64,000 bases of DNA, from positions 29,809 through 93,808 of the forward strand of contig JAJSLL010000005.1 of the NCBI GenBank assembly GCA_026127935.1, written 5' to 3'. Position 1 is the stretch's first letter. Each line of letters begins with the position of its first letter. Positions 45,173-54,790 of this stretch are shown one piece after another. This stretch comes from Thermoplasmatales archaeon. GTDB taxonomy: Archaea > Thermoplasmatota > Thermoplasmata > Thermoplasmatales > GCA-001856825. A program made the translations under genes and the position numbers. The notes below the pieces were generated by a model that worked only from the letters and a program-made list of their open reading frames with translations, did no database searches and was not told the DNA's origin.

Positions 45173-46855
45173 TTATGCATGTGCCAGGGAACTTAGAGTA
45201 GAAAATTCCTTCCTCTGTTCAAGACCGTATCTCTTCACTTTTGCGAGATCCACGCCTCTCTTTCTCGCTACATCTTCTACCACTTTCATCATCATGTAAC
45301 CGCCGACAGAAATTATGGCACCAGTTCCAGCTCTCACGATTAAGTTTCCTTCTCCCTCAGACTTTCTTCTCGCTGCCATTTTGGCGAGGTGTCTATAGGA
45401 AGCATAGTAAACGGCGAGCTCCGCTTCATTCAGGAGGCCACTGTCGTACTTCTTGGATGTGATTCTCCCCATCGGAACATTCTGGAGGGGAGTTACGGTA
45501 AACTCAAATGGTCTGCCATCGTCTATGACCGAATTACTCAGTCTGTTTATCATAGCCACTGTGTCCCACAAGTCCTGCTCTGTTTCTCCCGGCTGACCAA
45601 CTTGAAGGGTGAACGCAGATCTCCAGTAGTATTTCGTTTCGTTGTATACCCCCTGCCAGACTATCTCTTCCCAGCTGCCATCCACGCCTATTTTTAACGG
45701 CATAGTCTTGTTTGGCATGTGTTTTTTTGCGAGGGACTCGCTTCCAGTTTCCAGTCCGGTCTGAATACCGATCCAGTTTTTAGGACCGGCTTTGACAACA
45801 TTTGACAATTTTTCAATCAACTCAGGGAATCCTGAAGGGATAGATATTCTGCCATGAGTAGGGTTCATTCCCTTTACTCCGGGAGTATCCATCACGTGCT
45901 TGAACATACCAAATAGTTCGTCTTCATTGGGCCTGAAGAAGTTATCGTGTTTGTATCCCCAAATGTCATCAGAATGCAGCCAAACGTGGGAATTTCCCCC
46001 CAATTTCAGATTTACTTCTATCTCGGCTCGGATCATTTCCGGGGTATAATATCTAAGAGGACGGAGAGTAACCTCACAGAAGTCACAGCCAACACCGCAG
46101 CCCCTCATGACTTCAATCATTCCCTTGATCGCTGGGTTGACTATTGTTGGAATCTCTTCCAGTTTTGGGTACAGCTTACCGGTTAGGGTCCTGGATAGCA
46201 ACTTTTCATCTTGTTTGTACTTCCGGTTGAATTTGTCGTCGTATTCTGTATAGCCTTTGTAGAATAACTTTGGATCTAGAGAGTCGTTTGAAACTTGCTC
46301 GAACAGTTCGGGGAATAGGTCGTCTGCCTCTCCGGAGAACGCGTAGTCGATTCCTTCCTTATCGAGTTCCTCTCTCATCTGGTAAAATTCTAGTACTCCG
46401 GGGCCTCCGATCAGGAGTTTTGCCTTCTTTCCCTTCCTTGCGACGTTGATCTTCGCAATAAGAGTTTCCCATTCTCTCCTCACCCACGCATATGGATCTC
46501 CGCCGAACAGAACGTAATAGGACATCGTAGTGGGTCCAAGTCCTAACGGATCCATGGTACTCACACCGATAACTTCGGTGTCATCCTTGATTGCACTTTC
46601 TATGCTCTCGTTCTGAGCAACATATATGTCTTCCCTTCTGTTCTTCCTGAGCAGGGAGGCTTCCATCTTCCTCACTGCGTATGTGGTATGGACCGGCTGC
46701 CCATCTGGCAGCATCGGATATGGTGGACCCTTTAAGAACTGGAAAATAGGTCCTGGGACTTTTGAGACTGGCGCGCATGGCAGGAAATCCAGCAGTGGAA
46801 AATCCCTATACCCATACATCAGTGTGTTATCAGATATCAGCACGTACTTAGCCAA
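45173..46855 (-). CDS. Radical SAM protein with N-terminal B12-binding-like domain
   Basis: 560 aa. MRGCGVGCDFCEV contains the C-x3-C-x2-C cluster motif. The N-terminal part of about 230 aa has a Rossmann-like pattern (VIGVST...LLIGGPG). Confidence 0.7.
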   Translation of the reverse strand: MAKYVLISDNTLMYGYRDFPLLDFLPCAPVSKVPGPIFQFLKGPPYPMLPDGQPVHTTYAVRKMEASLLRKNRREDIYVAQNESIESAIKDDTEVIGVSTMDPLGLGPTTMSYYVLFGGDPYAWVRREWETLIAKINVARKGKKAKLLIGGPGVLEFYQMREELDKEGIDYAFSGEADDLFPELFEQVSNDSLDPKLFYKGYTEYDDKFNRKYKQDEKLLSRTLTGKLYPKLEEIPTIVNPAIKGMIEVMRGCGVGCDFCEVTLRPLRYYTPEMIRAEIEVNLKLGGNSHVWLHSDDIWGYKHDNFFRPNEDELFGMFKHVMDTPGVKGMNPTHGRISIPSGFPELIEKLSNVVKAGPKNWIGIQTGLETGSESLAKKHMPNKTMPLKIGVDGSWEEIVWQGVYNETKYYWRSAFTLQVGQPGETEQDLWDTVAMINRLSNSVIDDGRPFEFTVTPLQNVPMGRITSKKYDSGLLNEAELAVYYASYRHLAKMAARRKSEGEGNLIVRAGTGAIISVGGYMMMKVVEDVARKRGVDLAKVKRYGLEQRKEFSTLSSLAHA

Positions 46856-46943
46856 TCAATTTACCCCTTATTGTGCACGGAATTCTGAAACTATTTATTA
46901 ATTTTTTCTTACTGGTATATATAATAAGGGCAGTTAAAGACAA

Positions 46944-47957
46944 TTATCTGTTTCTTGGCTCCATCACGATTACCGAGTTCCAGACGTTGACCGATTCATT
47001 CGATGGTCTTATTTTAATGTCATTTTCAGTTCTGAATCCAAGGACGACTCTTCCTTCCAGATCAGTCTCCTTGTAGATGTCGATACAGGGCTTTCCTCTG
47101 AATCTTGAGTCCAAGGAATACTCCATTATCCGATAACCGTCCCCGCCCCTCAGCAATTCATAAAAGAGCTTGCTTACTCCTGGAGAAGTTACTGCAGTTG
47201 CGACCAGCAAGGTAGACATTGCACCTCTCACAACAACTTCATTGACACCAGCCTGTTTAGCATGCTCTCTATTTTCTTCCTTGAATATTTCTGCAATTAT
47301 GTATGCGTCGCTCTTGTTTTTCCTGATAATCATTGAGGTAAGTATGGTCTTGGCATCGGCTGATGATGCATCATGGTCTCCTCTCTCAGGTAAGACGATG
47401 ATCTTGGACGCATTCTTTATACCCGCGTTATCCAGGTCACTTTCAGTCGAACAACTGCCTTTGACAAACGTGTAAATGTTCTTTGACTGTTTTGGGTCCT
47501 CCCTATCTACTAGCACCACTTCCTTCCCATTTTCATTCAGTTCGCCTACAATTTCAGAAAATCCCTCATCATGGTTACAAACTATAATATGATCTTTCAT
47601 TCTTATTCTCCTTTCTCCAATTTTTGCTGCGACGTTCATTTCGACCAAATTTGCAGCTATGGACGCAGTAAAAACCCCTAGGCTACCTATCCCGAAGACC
47701 ATGATCACCATGGCATTAATTCTACCCCAGAAGCTAACGATAGGAGTGTCCCCGTAGCCTACCGTTGTTATTGTCTGAAACACCCACCAAAGACTCCTGA
47801 ATAGGGAATGAATACCTGATGCTGCATACGGATTCTCGAGGTAATACTCCGAAAAAGTGCCATAGGTGATGACAATTACGGTCGACAAGATGGCTCCGTA
47901 GAAGGCTTCTGTCAACTTTCTACCGAATCTCCTCCAGAAAATGATGAACGGAACCAT
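46944..47957 (-). CDS. Potassium channel with RCK/TrkA-N domain (MthK-like)
   Basis: Selectivity filter TTVGYGD between two TM helices, followed by HIIVCNHDEGFSEIVGEL (RCK Rossmann start). Confidence 0.85.
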   Translation of the reverse strand: MVPFIIFWRRFGRKLTEAFYGAILSTVIVITYGTFSEYYLENPYAASGIHSLFRSLWWVFQTITTVGYGDTPIVSFWGRINAMVIMVFGIGSLGVFTASIAANLVEMNVAAKIGERRIRMKDHIIVCNHDEGFSEIVGELNENGKEVVLVDREDPKQSKNIYTFVKGSCSTESDLDNAGIKNASKIIVLPERGDHDASSADAKTILTSMIIRKNKSDAYIIAEIFKEENREHAKQAGVNEVVVRGAMSTLLVATAVTSPGVSKLFYELLRGGDGYRIMEYSLDSRFRGKPCIDIYKETDLEGRVVLGFRTENDIKIRPSNESVNVWNSVIVMEPRNR

Positions 47958-48080
47958 ACCTATTGGAACCCAAATTTCAGAGAGATAATTATATTTTGGT
48001 TAATTTCGCTGGAGATCCGTTTGGTCGAACAATAGATTATCATCAGTTAATTCAAATATCTAATTGACTATCAACTCAAG

Positions 48081-48788
48081 ATGAGAGTCCTAGTTTTCAG
48101 CGATATACACGCAAACAAGTATGCACTTAATGTGGTACTCAAGAGCGAAAAATTCGACGAAGCAGTTTTCCTTGGGGACATCGTAGACTACGGAAGTGCT
48201 CCAGCAGAAACCATAGACGGTGTAAAGGAGACTGCCAAGTATATTGTTTCTGGGAATCACGATTATGCCGCAGCCTTCAACAAGGACTGTCTCTGTTCCC
48301 AAGAGAACCACGAACTTTCTGTTTATACTCGTGAGAACATCACTATGAAAAACATCGAAAGGAAGGATATTGAGTTCCTGAAGTCGCTACCTACTTCTCT
48401 TGAAGTCGAACTGGATGGAACCCGATTTCACCTCGTACACGGGGCACCTGCCGACTCTCTCTACGGGTACTTATATCCTTGGAAAATATCGAATGAACTT
48501 CTAAGGGAACCTATGAGCTTCAGTCAAGAGCCTGGCAACTACTTGGTGGGTCACACACATTATCAATTCTTGGTCAACTACGGAGGAAACCTCATCGTTA
48601 ACCCGGGTTCATCGGGACAACCTAGAGATGGTAATCCAAAGCCAGCCTATGCAGTATTTGACACACAGACGAATACATTTGAATTGAAGAGATTCGACTA
48701 TGATAAATCTCCACTGAAGGCAGATCTAAAAGGAATGGTGAAGGACCAGAAGTATCTCGAAAAACTCTACAAATTGTTTGCCCTATAA
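48081..48788 (+). CDS. Metallophosphoesterase (YfcE/MJ0936-like)
   Basis: Contains the SDIHAN, GDIVDYG, GNHD and GHTH motifs. Confidence 0.75.
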   Translation: MRVLVFSDIHANKYALNVVLKSEKFDEAVFLGDIVDYGSAPAETIDGVKETAKYIVSGNHDYAAAFNKDCLCSQENHELSVYTRENITMKNIERKDIEFLKSLPTSLEVELDGTRFHLVHGAPADSLYGYLYPWKISNELLREPMSFSQEPGNYLVGHTHYQFLVNYGGNLIVNPGSSGQPRDGNPKPAYAVFDTQTNTFELKRFDYDKSPLKADLKGMVKDQKYLEKLYKLFAL

Positions 48789-48794
48789 TTTATT

Positions 48795-50255
48795 CTAGTT
48801 GTGATCAAAGTAAGACACGTCATTTACCCCAATCCCTTTCTTCTCAAATACAAGATCGAGATTTGAGATCTGAGACACCCCTCTGCCAACAACGATTCCG
48901 TTATTGACCAGGACAACTTCCATCCCTGGTTTCACGTCCTCAGTGATTCCCTTGATTCCTGGGATGAATAGATTATCTCCCTTGAATATTCCCGCAGTCT
49001 CTACAACCCTCTTCCCTTGAGATTGCATTATATCTCCAAGCCCCTTCATTATACGTATTCCCGATATTGTTCTGACCAATATTGGAACTCCCGCAAGGGA
49101 GATAATCCTCCTGTTGCCTTCGCTCTTAATGCTGATTTCATTGCTAGGAAAGTCTAGATCAAAAAGGAATTTCAGCAAGTTTGAGTATTCAGCAGATTCC
49201 TTCGACCTCTTGTTTCCCTGGATCTTGTGGGCACTTATGATTTTCGCCAGTTTTTCGGAATTTTCGAAATTGATGCTCCCAGTCACGCCTTCTGAACTAT
49301 CGAATAGGTCCAGCAGTTCTCCCTCCTGCTTCGGGAGAATGAAAAACACGTTTGAATACTTCTTGTTACTGAAGTACTCTTTCGCCAACTCATAAAGCAC
49401 TTTCTTCTCTTCTTCGAACCAGTACCCTGTCACCGGAATGTCGTAATACATCGCAGGGAAGAAAGATTCCAGTTCTCGAGGAACCAATCCGAGTGGACTC
49501 GTAATTATGACCTCCTGAATCCCCCCTAGGTGTGGGTGTATGAAAGAATGCAGGATCCTGTGGGTTTTTGATCTCGAATACGGTTTTATTGCAGAGCAGG
49601 GGATGAGCAAAAGGTTATCTGCGGTCTGTTTGAGTTTTTGCACTCTCTCTCTGAAGTCAACTATCTCCGGTCTGTATATTCCCTCTATATTGCTGGCGAT
49701 TATACTCTTGGGTCTATAGTCCATGAATTTGTTTGTGTAGGAATTGAATTCCATATCCATTACTCTAAGAGCTTCCTTTGAAAAATTAGAGAAACTGTGT
49801 GACTCTACCACTTCCCTAAACTTGTCTTTCGCAAGGGAAAGTCGTATTAAGTCAATAGATCTCTTCTTCTCCTCTTCATTCTTTATCCGGCAATCGCTTC
49901 CATCGTAAATGCCGAATTCGCTCGTACATCGTTCATTACCAAGGAGCTTAATCGGAGAATCATCTAGGAGATCGATCCCGATGTAGAAAAGGACCGGGTA
50001 ATCGTTAGGCAGTCCAAATGCTGGAAGATAGATGATTTTATCAGGGTATCTCGTTCTCGCATCTGTTATTGCCTTGACCAACTCTCTTGCGTTCAATTTG
50101 TTGACCCTGTTCAGTACCAAAACGTTTCCGTCAATAAATGTCCGGTCCTTCCTAGTTTCCAAATTTTGTCGCTTGAAGGGCAGATGATCATAACTGAGAA
50201 CATCAGGGATCTTGAACCCATAGTAGTCTCCGTATCTCCTCGTAAGAAACCTCAT
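48795..50255 (-). CDS. Archaeosine synthase ArcS-like protein (DUF5591 + C-terminal PUA)
   Basis: 486 aa. YLPAFGLPNDYPVLFYIGIDLLDDS (TGT-like), LLIPCSAIKPYSRSKTH (DUF5591 block), and a C-terminal PUA-like VKPGMEVVLVNNGIVVGRG. Confidence 0.55.
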   Translation of the reverse strand: MRFLTRRYGDYYGFKIPDVLSYDHLPFKRQNLETRKDRTFIDGNVLVLNRVNKLNARELVKAITDARTRYPDKIIYLPAFGLPNDYPVLFYIGIDLLDDSPIKLLGNERCTSEFGIYDGSDCRIKNEEEKKRSIDLIRLSLAKDKFREVVESHSFSNFSKEALRVMDMEFNSYTNKFMDYRPKSIIASNIEGIYRPEIVDFRERVQKLKQTADNLLLIPCSAIKPYSRSKTHRILHSFIHPHLGGIQEVIITSPLGLVPRELESFFPAMYYDIPVTGYWFEEEKKVLYELAKEYFSNKKYSNVFFILPKQEGELLDLFDSSEGVTGSINFENSEKLAKIISAHKIQGNKRSKESAEYSNLLKFLFDLDFPSNEISIKSEGNRRIISLAGVPILVRTISGIRIMKGLGDIMQSQGKRVVETAGIFKGDNLFIPGIKGITEDVKPGMEVVLVNNGIVVGRGVSQISNLDLVFEKKGIGVNDVSYFDHN

Positions 50256-50329
50256 TTGGAACCTTCCTCCGAAAAATAGTCTGCCCTAATTAAACTCTCT
50301 GTGTACTCATATTTTCTTTTAGCATACCT

Positions 50330-51199
50330 TCAAAACGTTCCAAAGTTCAGGATTATGAGACCAAAATCTCCCTGTGTATGAATGAAACCCTGCCTGAAGT
50401 CTACGGTTCCCAACCTGTTCTTAACTTTTTTCACAAACGCTATAACGTCGTTCGAATCCACTTCACTTCCAATTTCGAGCACCATGTACATTCTCTTTAT
50501 CTTATCTCTTGGAAGCTTGTTGACCTCTTCGAATAGATCCCTTTCGGCAATGCTAAAATTCACAAACGGATAAGTGAAATTAGTGATCCGAACCGGACCA
50601 TAGAGGTTTGTCAACATTTTGATGTCATGGAGTGAGATGCCAAGAGCTGTAGAGTTGTCCACAACCCGTGCAATGCTGACAACTTTCTGCCATATGTACT
50701 TGTAATACTGATTATTAATGTCGAGTATCCTCTGGTTCTTTGAATCCGACAGAACGAATTCCGAATCGACAAATTCTAACACGTCAAGATCAGACTTGAT
50801 CTTCTGGATTCTTTCCATTTCCCTTTTTCTGTCAGCACCGATAGGGATGATTGGGAAAAATCCGATCAATGCACCTGAAGATCGCAGTATTTTGACCAAT
50901 GGAGGTATTATAGCTTCTTGGAACCTTCCTTCGATTTGTGCGACCAGAAATATGACGTTGGCAGAATAATTGTCGAGGATTGTACTCCTCTCGTTCCTTA
51001 GAACTTCTTCCAGCTTGGGGCTGTAACTTCCATCAAACTCTTTCAGTTGCAGGACGTTGTCGACCTTGCAGTCTCTTATGCTTTCCGGGTCGTAATCAAG
51101 GCCGGAAGTAAGAGTGTCTCCGTTGAAATAAGAAGCTATCGCTACACCCAAGTGTCCGACTCCTAGAACTCTTATATTACCGAGGTTAGCGTCAGCCAT
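50330..51199 (-). CDS. FtsZ/tubulin-fold protein lacking the GTP-binding signature (degenerate FtsZ2-like)
   Basis: 289 aa, collinear by eye with FtsZ. IRVLGVGHLGVAIASYF compares with IKVIGVGGGGxNAVNRM. ANVIFLVAQIEGRFQEAIIPPLVKILRSSGALIGFFPIIPIGADRKRE compares with [22 protein letters not shown]..GALTVGVVTxPFxFEGxxR. The GGGTGTG signature is replaced with QIEGRFQ. Confidence 0.5.
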   Translation of the reverse strand: MADANLGNIRVLGVGHLGVAIASYFNGDTLTSGLDYDPESIRDCKVDNVLQLKEFDGSYSPKLEEVLRNERSTILDNYSANVIFLVAQIEGRFQEAIIPPLVKILRSSGALIGFFPIIPIGADRKREMERIQKIKSDLDVLEFVDSEFVLSDSKNQRILDINNQYYKYIWQKVVSIARVVDNSTALGISLHDIKMLTNLYGPVRITNFTYPFVNFSIAERDLFEEVNKLPRDKIKRMYMVLEIGSEVDSNDVIAFVKKVKNRLGTVDFRQGFIHTQGDFGLIILNFGTF

Positions 51200-51533
51200 T
51201 ATTAGCAGCCTTGCTCAGCTGTTCCTTTTCTAGATCTCTTATTTTGTCTCTAATGTAATCTCTGACTGCCGTCCTGATCAGGTCTTCACCATCTACAGCC
51301 ATTCCCTTATTAACGATTACGTCTATATTTTCCACTTCGTTCCTCGGTAGCCTAAGTGTCATTTTCTTAGATGGACCCGAGCTGGTAAGCTCGTCAAGAT
51401 GCGATTCTATTGCTTCTCTGATGAATTCAGAGATGTTCTTGAACTTACCTTCCTCTATCAGCTCGTTAATCTTGGTAACCGCCCCAAGGGATAGACGTAC
51501 AGTAATTCGAGACTGGTCTGGTAGATCAGACAT
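51192..51533 (-). CDS. Tandem ribbon-helix-helix (CopG/CdrS-like) DNA-binding protein
   Basis: 113 aa with two RHH repeats: RITVRLSLGAVTKINELIEEGKFKNISEFIREAIESHL and KMTLRLPRNEVENIDVIVNKGMAVDGEDLIRTAVRDYI. It overlaps the FtsZ-like gene by 8 nt. Confidence 0.7.
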   Translation of the reverse strand: MSDLPDQSRITVRLSLGAVTKINELIEEGKFKNISEFIREAIESHLDELTSSGPSKKMTLRLPRNEVENIDVIVNKGMAVDGEDLIRTAVRDYIRDKIRDLEKEQLSKAANNG

Positions 51534-51683
51534 TTAACACCTTATCCTGACTATCTGTCAGACATATATCACATTCCTGTTATTTAACACTTTAATTAAT
51601 CGTTCTTTCAATATTTATTTATTCAGATTTTTTATCTTTTCAATTTAGCAAAACTATTATCGCTTTATGTTATTATAATTTCT

Positions 51684-52052
51684 ATGATGAACGGAAGAAT
51701 GAACGAGAGACAAATAAGGCGAATGATGCAGCAGGCAGGCATCAAATCCAGCGATATGGATGGAGTTGTTCAGGTTGACTTCATATTTCCTGAGAAGAAG
51801 GTTTCAGTTAAGAATCCGCAAGTCACAATATTAGATATTCAAGGTACAAGGACTTATCAGGTGGTAGGTGGAGAAGAAGTAACAGGAGCAGCTGGAGAAG
51901 TTCCCAAGACCCAAAATTCTGACATAAACGAAGAAGATCTCAATTTGGTGATGCAAAAGACCGGTGTGGATAGGGAAAAAGCTGCCGAGGCATTAAGGAA
52001 AAATGGGTACAAGCCCGCAGAAGCAATAATCGCTCTGATGACCGGAAAGTGA
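51684..52052 (+). CDS. Nascent polypeptide-associated complex protein (archaeal NAC)
   Basis: 122 aa. A NAC beta-barrel segment plus a C-terminal UBA-like LVMQKTGVDREKAAEALRKNGYKPAEAIIAL. Confidence 0.8.
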   Translation: MMNGRMNERQIRRMMQQAGIKSSDMDGVVQVDFIFPEKKVSVKNPQVTILDIQGTRTYQVVGGEEVTGAAGEVPKTQNSDINEEDLNLVMQKTGVDREKAAEALRKNGYKPAEAIIALMTGK

Positions 52053-53362
52053 AGAACGAATTGAAAATCGATAAGAGAAAGGTACTGGAGAGCATACTGG
52101 AGAAGCCGGCGGTGCGGAAGAAAAGGCTCGAGAAGATTGCAGAAATCGAAAATATTCTCACGGGTCTCAAGAAGAAAGAGAAGCTGAATTTCGATATATT
52201 TCTTGGAGGTTCTTACGCCAAGGGTACGGATATAAAGGGATCGGATGCTGATATATTCTTGCTTTTCCCAGAGGAGTTCAACTCCTTTGAAATTCTAGGA
52301 ATACTCCGGAAAGAGTTTCCTGAAGGAAGGGAAGAGTATTCTGATCACCCATACATTATGCTGCCTCAGAATTCTTTTTCGATCGATATAGTTCCAGGCT
52401 ACAAAGCTTCTTCAGGTAAGGACCTCAAGACTGCGGTAGATAGGACACCATTCCACGTGAAATTTGTGACGGAGAATTTCACAAATGAAATGAAGGACGA
52501 AGTTAGGATCCTTAAACAGTTTCTGAAGGGTATACGGGCATATGGTGCAGAGTCATCGGTTCAGGGGTTTTCTGGCTATGTTGCGGAACTCCTTATCAAT
52601 CGTTACAAGACTTTTGAAAATACTATATTGGAAGCGAAGAATTGGTCGATCCCGTACATTCTCGATAAGGGTGCGAAAGACTTTAACGACGCAAACTTGG
52701 TCATCGTTGATCCAGTCGATTCAGGTCGAAATGCAGCTGCGAACGTCTCATTAGAAAACCTTGCGACATTCATCCTTGCAGCGGGACTATTCTCTTGGGA
52801 GAACTGGAAAGATTTCTTTTTCCCAAAAAGTGGAGAATTTGTGCTACCTAAGGACGCGGTAGTAGTATACATTCCGTGCGCGAAATGCAACGAGGAGGTT
52901 CTAATACCTAACCTGAGAAGGATAAGTTCAGTGCTTCGGGGTGAAATTGAAGACAAGGGTTTTCGAGTGGTCTATTCATCCGTATTCGTTGAGAAGGGTG
53001 GTTACATTGTCATAGTCCCAGATTCTACTCCTATCGGTGAAACGGCGGTGCACGTCGGTCCTCCAGTTACTAGTCCAAACGCGTCCGATTTCTTGCAAAA
53101 ATGGGGTCACGGAACGAGATATGGGATGCCTTTCATGATGGGGGACAGGGTCTGTGTGCTCAGGGAAAGAGAGGAAAGGGACATTGCTGCTGCTATTGCC
53201 AGCGCAATACCCAATATAAAGCTCTCAAGGGATTTCGATAAAAACAAGATACTCGTAATATCTGGTAAGGAACTCAGCTCCGTTCCGCCAAGAATAAGAA
53301 AAGGATTTCTCTTTCCTTCTTTGGGAAAGTGGGCAGTTCCCCAACTAAGGAATGTTGAGTGA
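52049..53362 (+). CDS. cca: CCA-adding tRNA nucleotidyltransferase, archaeal class I
   Basis: 437 aa, GTG start overlapping the NAC stop. Contains LGGSYAKGTDIKGSDADIFLLFP (class I NTase G-S ... D-x-D) and RTPFHVKFV. Confidence 0.85.
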   Translation: MKNELKIDKRKVLESILEKPAVRKKRLEKIAEIENILTGLKKKEKLNFDIFLGGSYAKGTDIKGSDADIFLLFPEEFNSFEILGILRKEFPEGREEYSDHPYIMLPQNSFSIDIVPGYKASSGKDLKTAVDRTPFHVKFVTENFTNEMKDEVRILKQFLKGIRAYGAESSVQGFSGYVAELLINRYKTFENTILEAKNWSIPYILDKGAKDFNDANLVIVDPVDSGRNAAANVSLENLATFILAAGLFSWENWKDFFFPKSGEFVLPKDAVVVYIPCAKCNEEVLIPNLRRISSVLRGEIEDKGFRVVYSSVFVEKGGYIVIVPDSTPIGETAVHVGPPVTSPNASDFLQKWGHGTRYGMPFMMGDRVCVLREREERDIAAAIASAIPNIKLSRDFDKNKILVISGKELSSVPPRIRKGFLFPSLGKWAVPQLRNVE

Positions 53363-53626
53363 TATAATCCAGAAACCAAGGAATGCGAGCATCGTTATAA
53401 AGAACGCTATTGCGTAGTCCGTGCTCTTCTTTGTTTCGTGTTTAGCCCTGGAAACCAGTGTTATTGCTATAATCAGCACCACAAACAGAAGTAGCATCCC
53501 GATAAGGGTTGATGTCTGAAGTCCTACAAGAAATCCAGTGAAGGCAGCCAAGAAGAATGATGCCATCATTACTTTTCCCCTCGTGAAATCTGCAACAACG
53601 AATTTGCCTCGGTCAAATGTCTCCAT
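53345..53626 (-). CDS. Hypothetical membrane protein (93 aa, 3 TM)
   Basis: A hydrophobic ORF starting immediately after the tpiA stop. Its 3' end overlaps the convergent cca gene by 18 nt. Confidence 0.45.
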   Translation of the reverse strand: METFDRGKFVVADFTRGKVMMASFFLAAFTGFLVGLQTSTLIGMLLLFVVLIIAITLVSRAKHETKKSTDYAIAFFITMLAFLGFWIISLNIP

Positions 53627-54271
53627 TTACGATACCTCTTTCATCATTTCAATGATTACCTTGATGGGTTTCGGGGATTTAACAACTCCTGAAGCTACTA
53701 GTATCCCCTCAGCCCCGAGAGTCTTGCTGATGTGAACATCGTTCTTATTTTTAATTCCCGCACCAACGACGAGCTTGGAACTAGTTCCCTTAAGAAGTTT
53801 TACCGCCTTGCCTATTATTTCTGGTTTTGCTGTTGAAACAGATATATCTCCTCCAATCAGCTCTGGGGGTTCATAGGCTATGTAGTCTGGTTTTAACGTT
53901 ATCAATTTCGCTACCTCATTGAGGTCTGCAGCGCAGACAAGTGTAGTGAGCCCAAGTTTTGAAGCAATCTTGACCGATTCTCCAATCTCCTCAAAACCAA
54001 TCCTGTGTTCAGAGTGATTGAGCATTACTCCCGAATAAGAGTATTTTCTTAGAAGGCCGATGGGGACGTGACCCGTGTATGGCCCAGCTTCTTTGGGTTC
54101 TGCGGTCTGGGCGAACTTGACTAGTTTGGTCTCCATCAGGGAATCGAGTGGGTTGAGAACTAGAATGATGGATTTGTTGTTCCCGAACTCCCTTTCAATT
54201 GTTCTTATCAATCTAAGTGCGTCAGATCCTGTGGATTCTTCGTAAGCTTTAAAGTTAATAAAAAAGAGCAA
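53627..54271 (-). CDS. tpiA: Triosephosphate isomerase, short archaeal type
   Basis: 214 aa. Contains INFKAY, LNHSEHR, YEPPELIGG and GAGI blocks. Confidence 0.85.
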   Translation of the reverse strand: MLFFINFKAYEESTGSDALRLIRTIEREFGNNKSIILVLNPLDSLMETKLVKFAQTAEPKEAGPYTGHVPIGLLRKYSYSGVMLNHSEHRIGFEEIGESVKIASKLGLTTLVCAADLNEVAKLITLKPDYIAYEPPELIGGDISVSTAKPEIIGKAVKLLKGTSSKLVVGAGIKNKNDVHISKTLGAEGILVASGVVKSPKPIKVIIEMMKEVS

Positions 54272-54275
54272 GAAT

Positions 54276-54743
54276 TCACCCTAGTTTTGCAACTGCTCCC
54301 TCAACTTCCGAATAGTTTGGTTCCTTCTTAGGATCTTCTGAGACCCACTTGTATGCAACCATTCCATCTTTGTCAACTACAAACACAGCTCTCTTTGAAA
54401 CGTTGAGTCCTTTTACGTTGACGAAACTCTCGTGAACTCCACCGTATTGTCTGCTCACTCTCTCAGTGAAATCGCTTAGCAACTGGAAACTAAGGTTGTT
54501 CTCTTTCTTGAACTGGGCGAGCGAGAAAGGCTGGTCAACGCTTATACCCAGGACCGTAGCATTCAGCTTGTTGAATTTTGCTATCGAGTCCCTGAATGTG
54601 CATAGTTCGTGCGTACACACTGATGTGAATGCTCCAGGGAAGAATACCAGCACTGTGGGATGGCCCACGAAGCTGGATAGTCTTACCTCCTTTAATTCTG
54701 TGTCAATCAATTCGAAGTCCGGTGCTTTTTCTCCAATGTTCAT
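54276..54743 (-). CDS. Peroxiredoxin (AhpC/TSA, Bcp-like)
   Basis: 155 aa. Contains APDFEL and FFPGAFTSVCTHELC (peroxidatic Cys context). Confidence 0.8.
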   Translation of the reverse strand: MNIGEKAPDFELIDTELKEVRLSSFVGHPTVLVFFPGAFTSVCTHELCTFRDSIAKFNKLNATVLGISVDQPFSLAQFKKENNLSFQLLSDFTERVSRQYGGVHESFVNVKGLNVSKRAVFVVDKDGMVAYKWVSEDPKKEPNYSEVEGAVAKLG

Positions 54744-54790
54744 GTTTGCTCATCGTTTACGAATATATAAAAAACAGCTAGTTTACGAGA

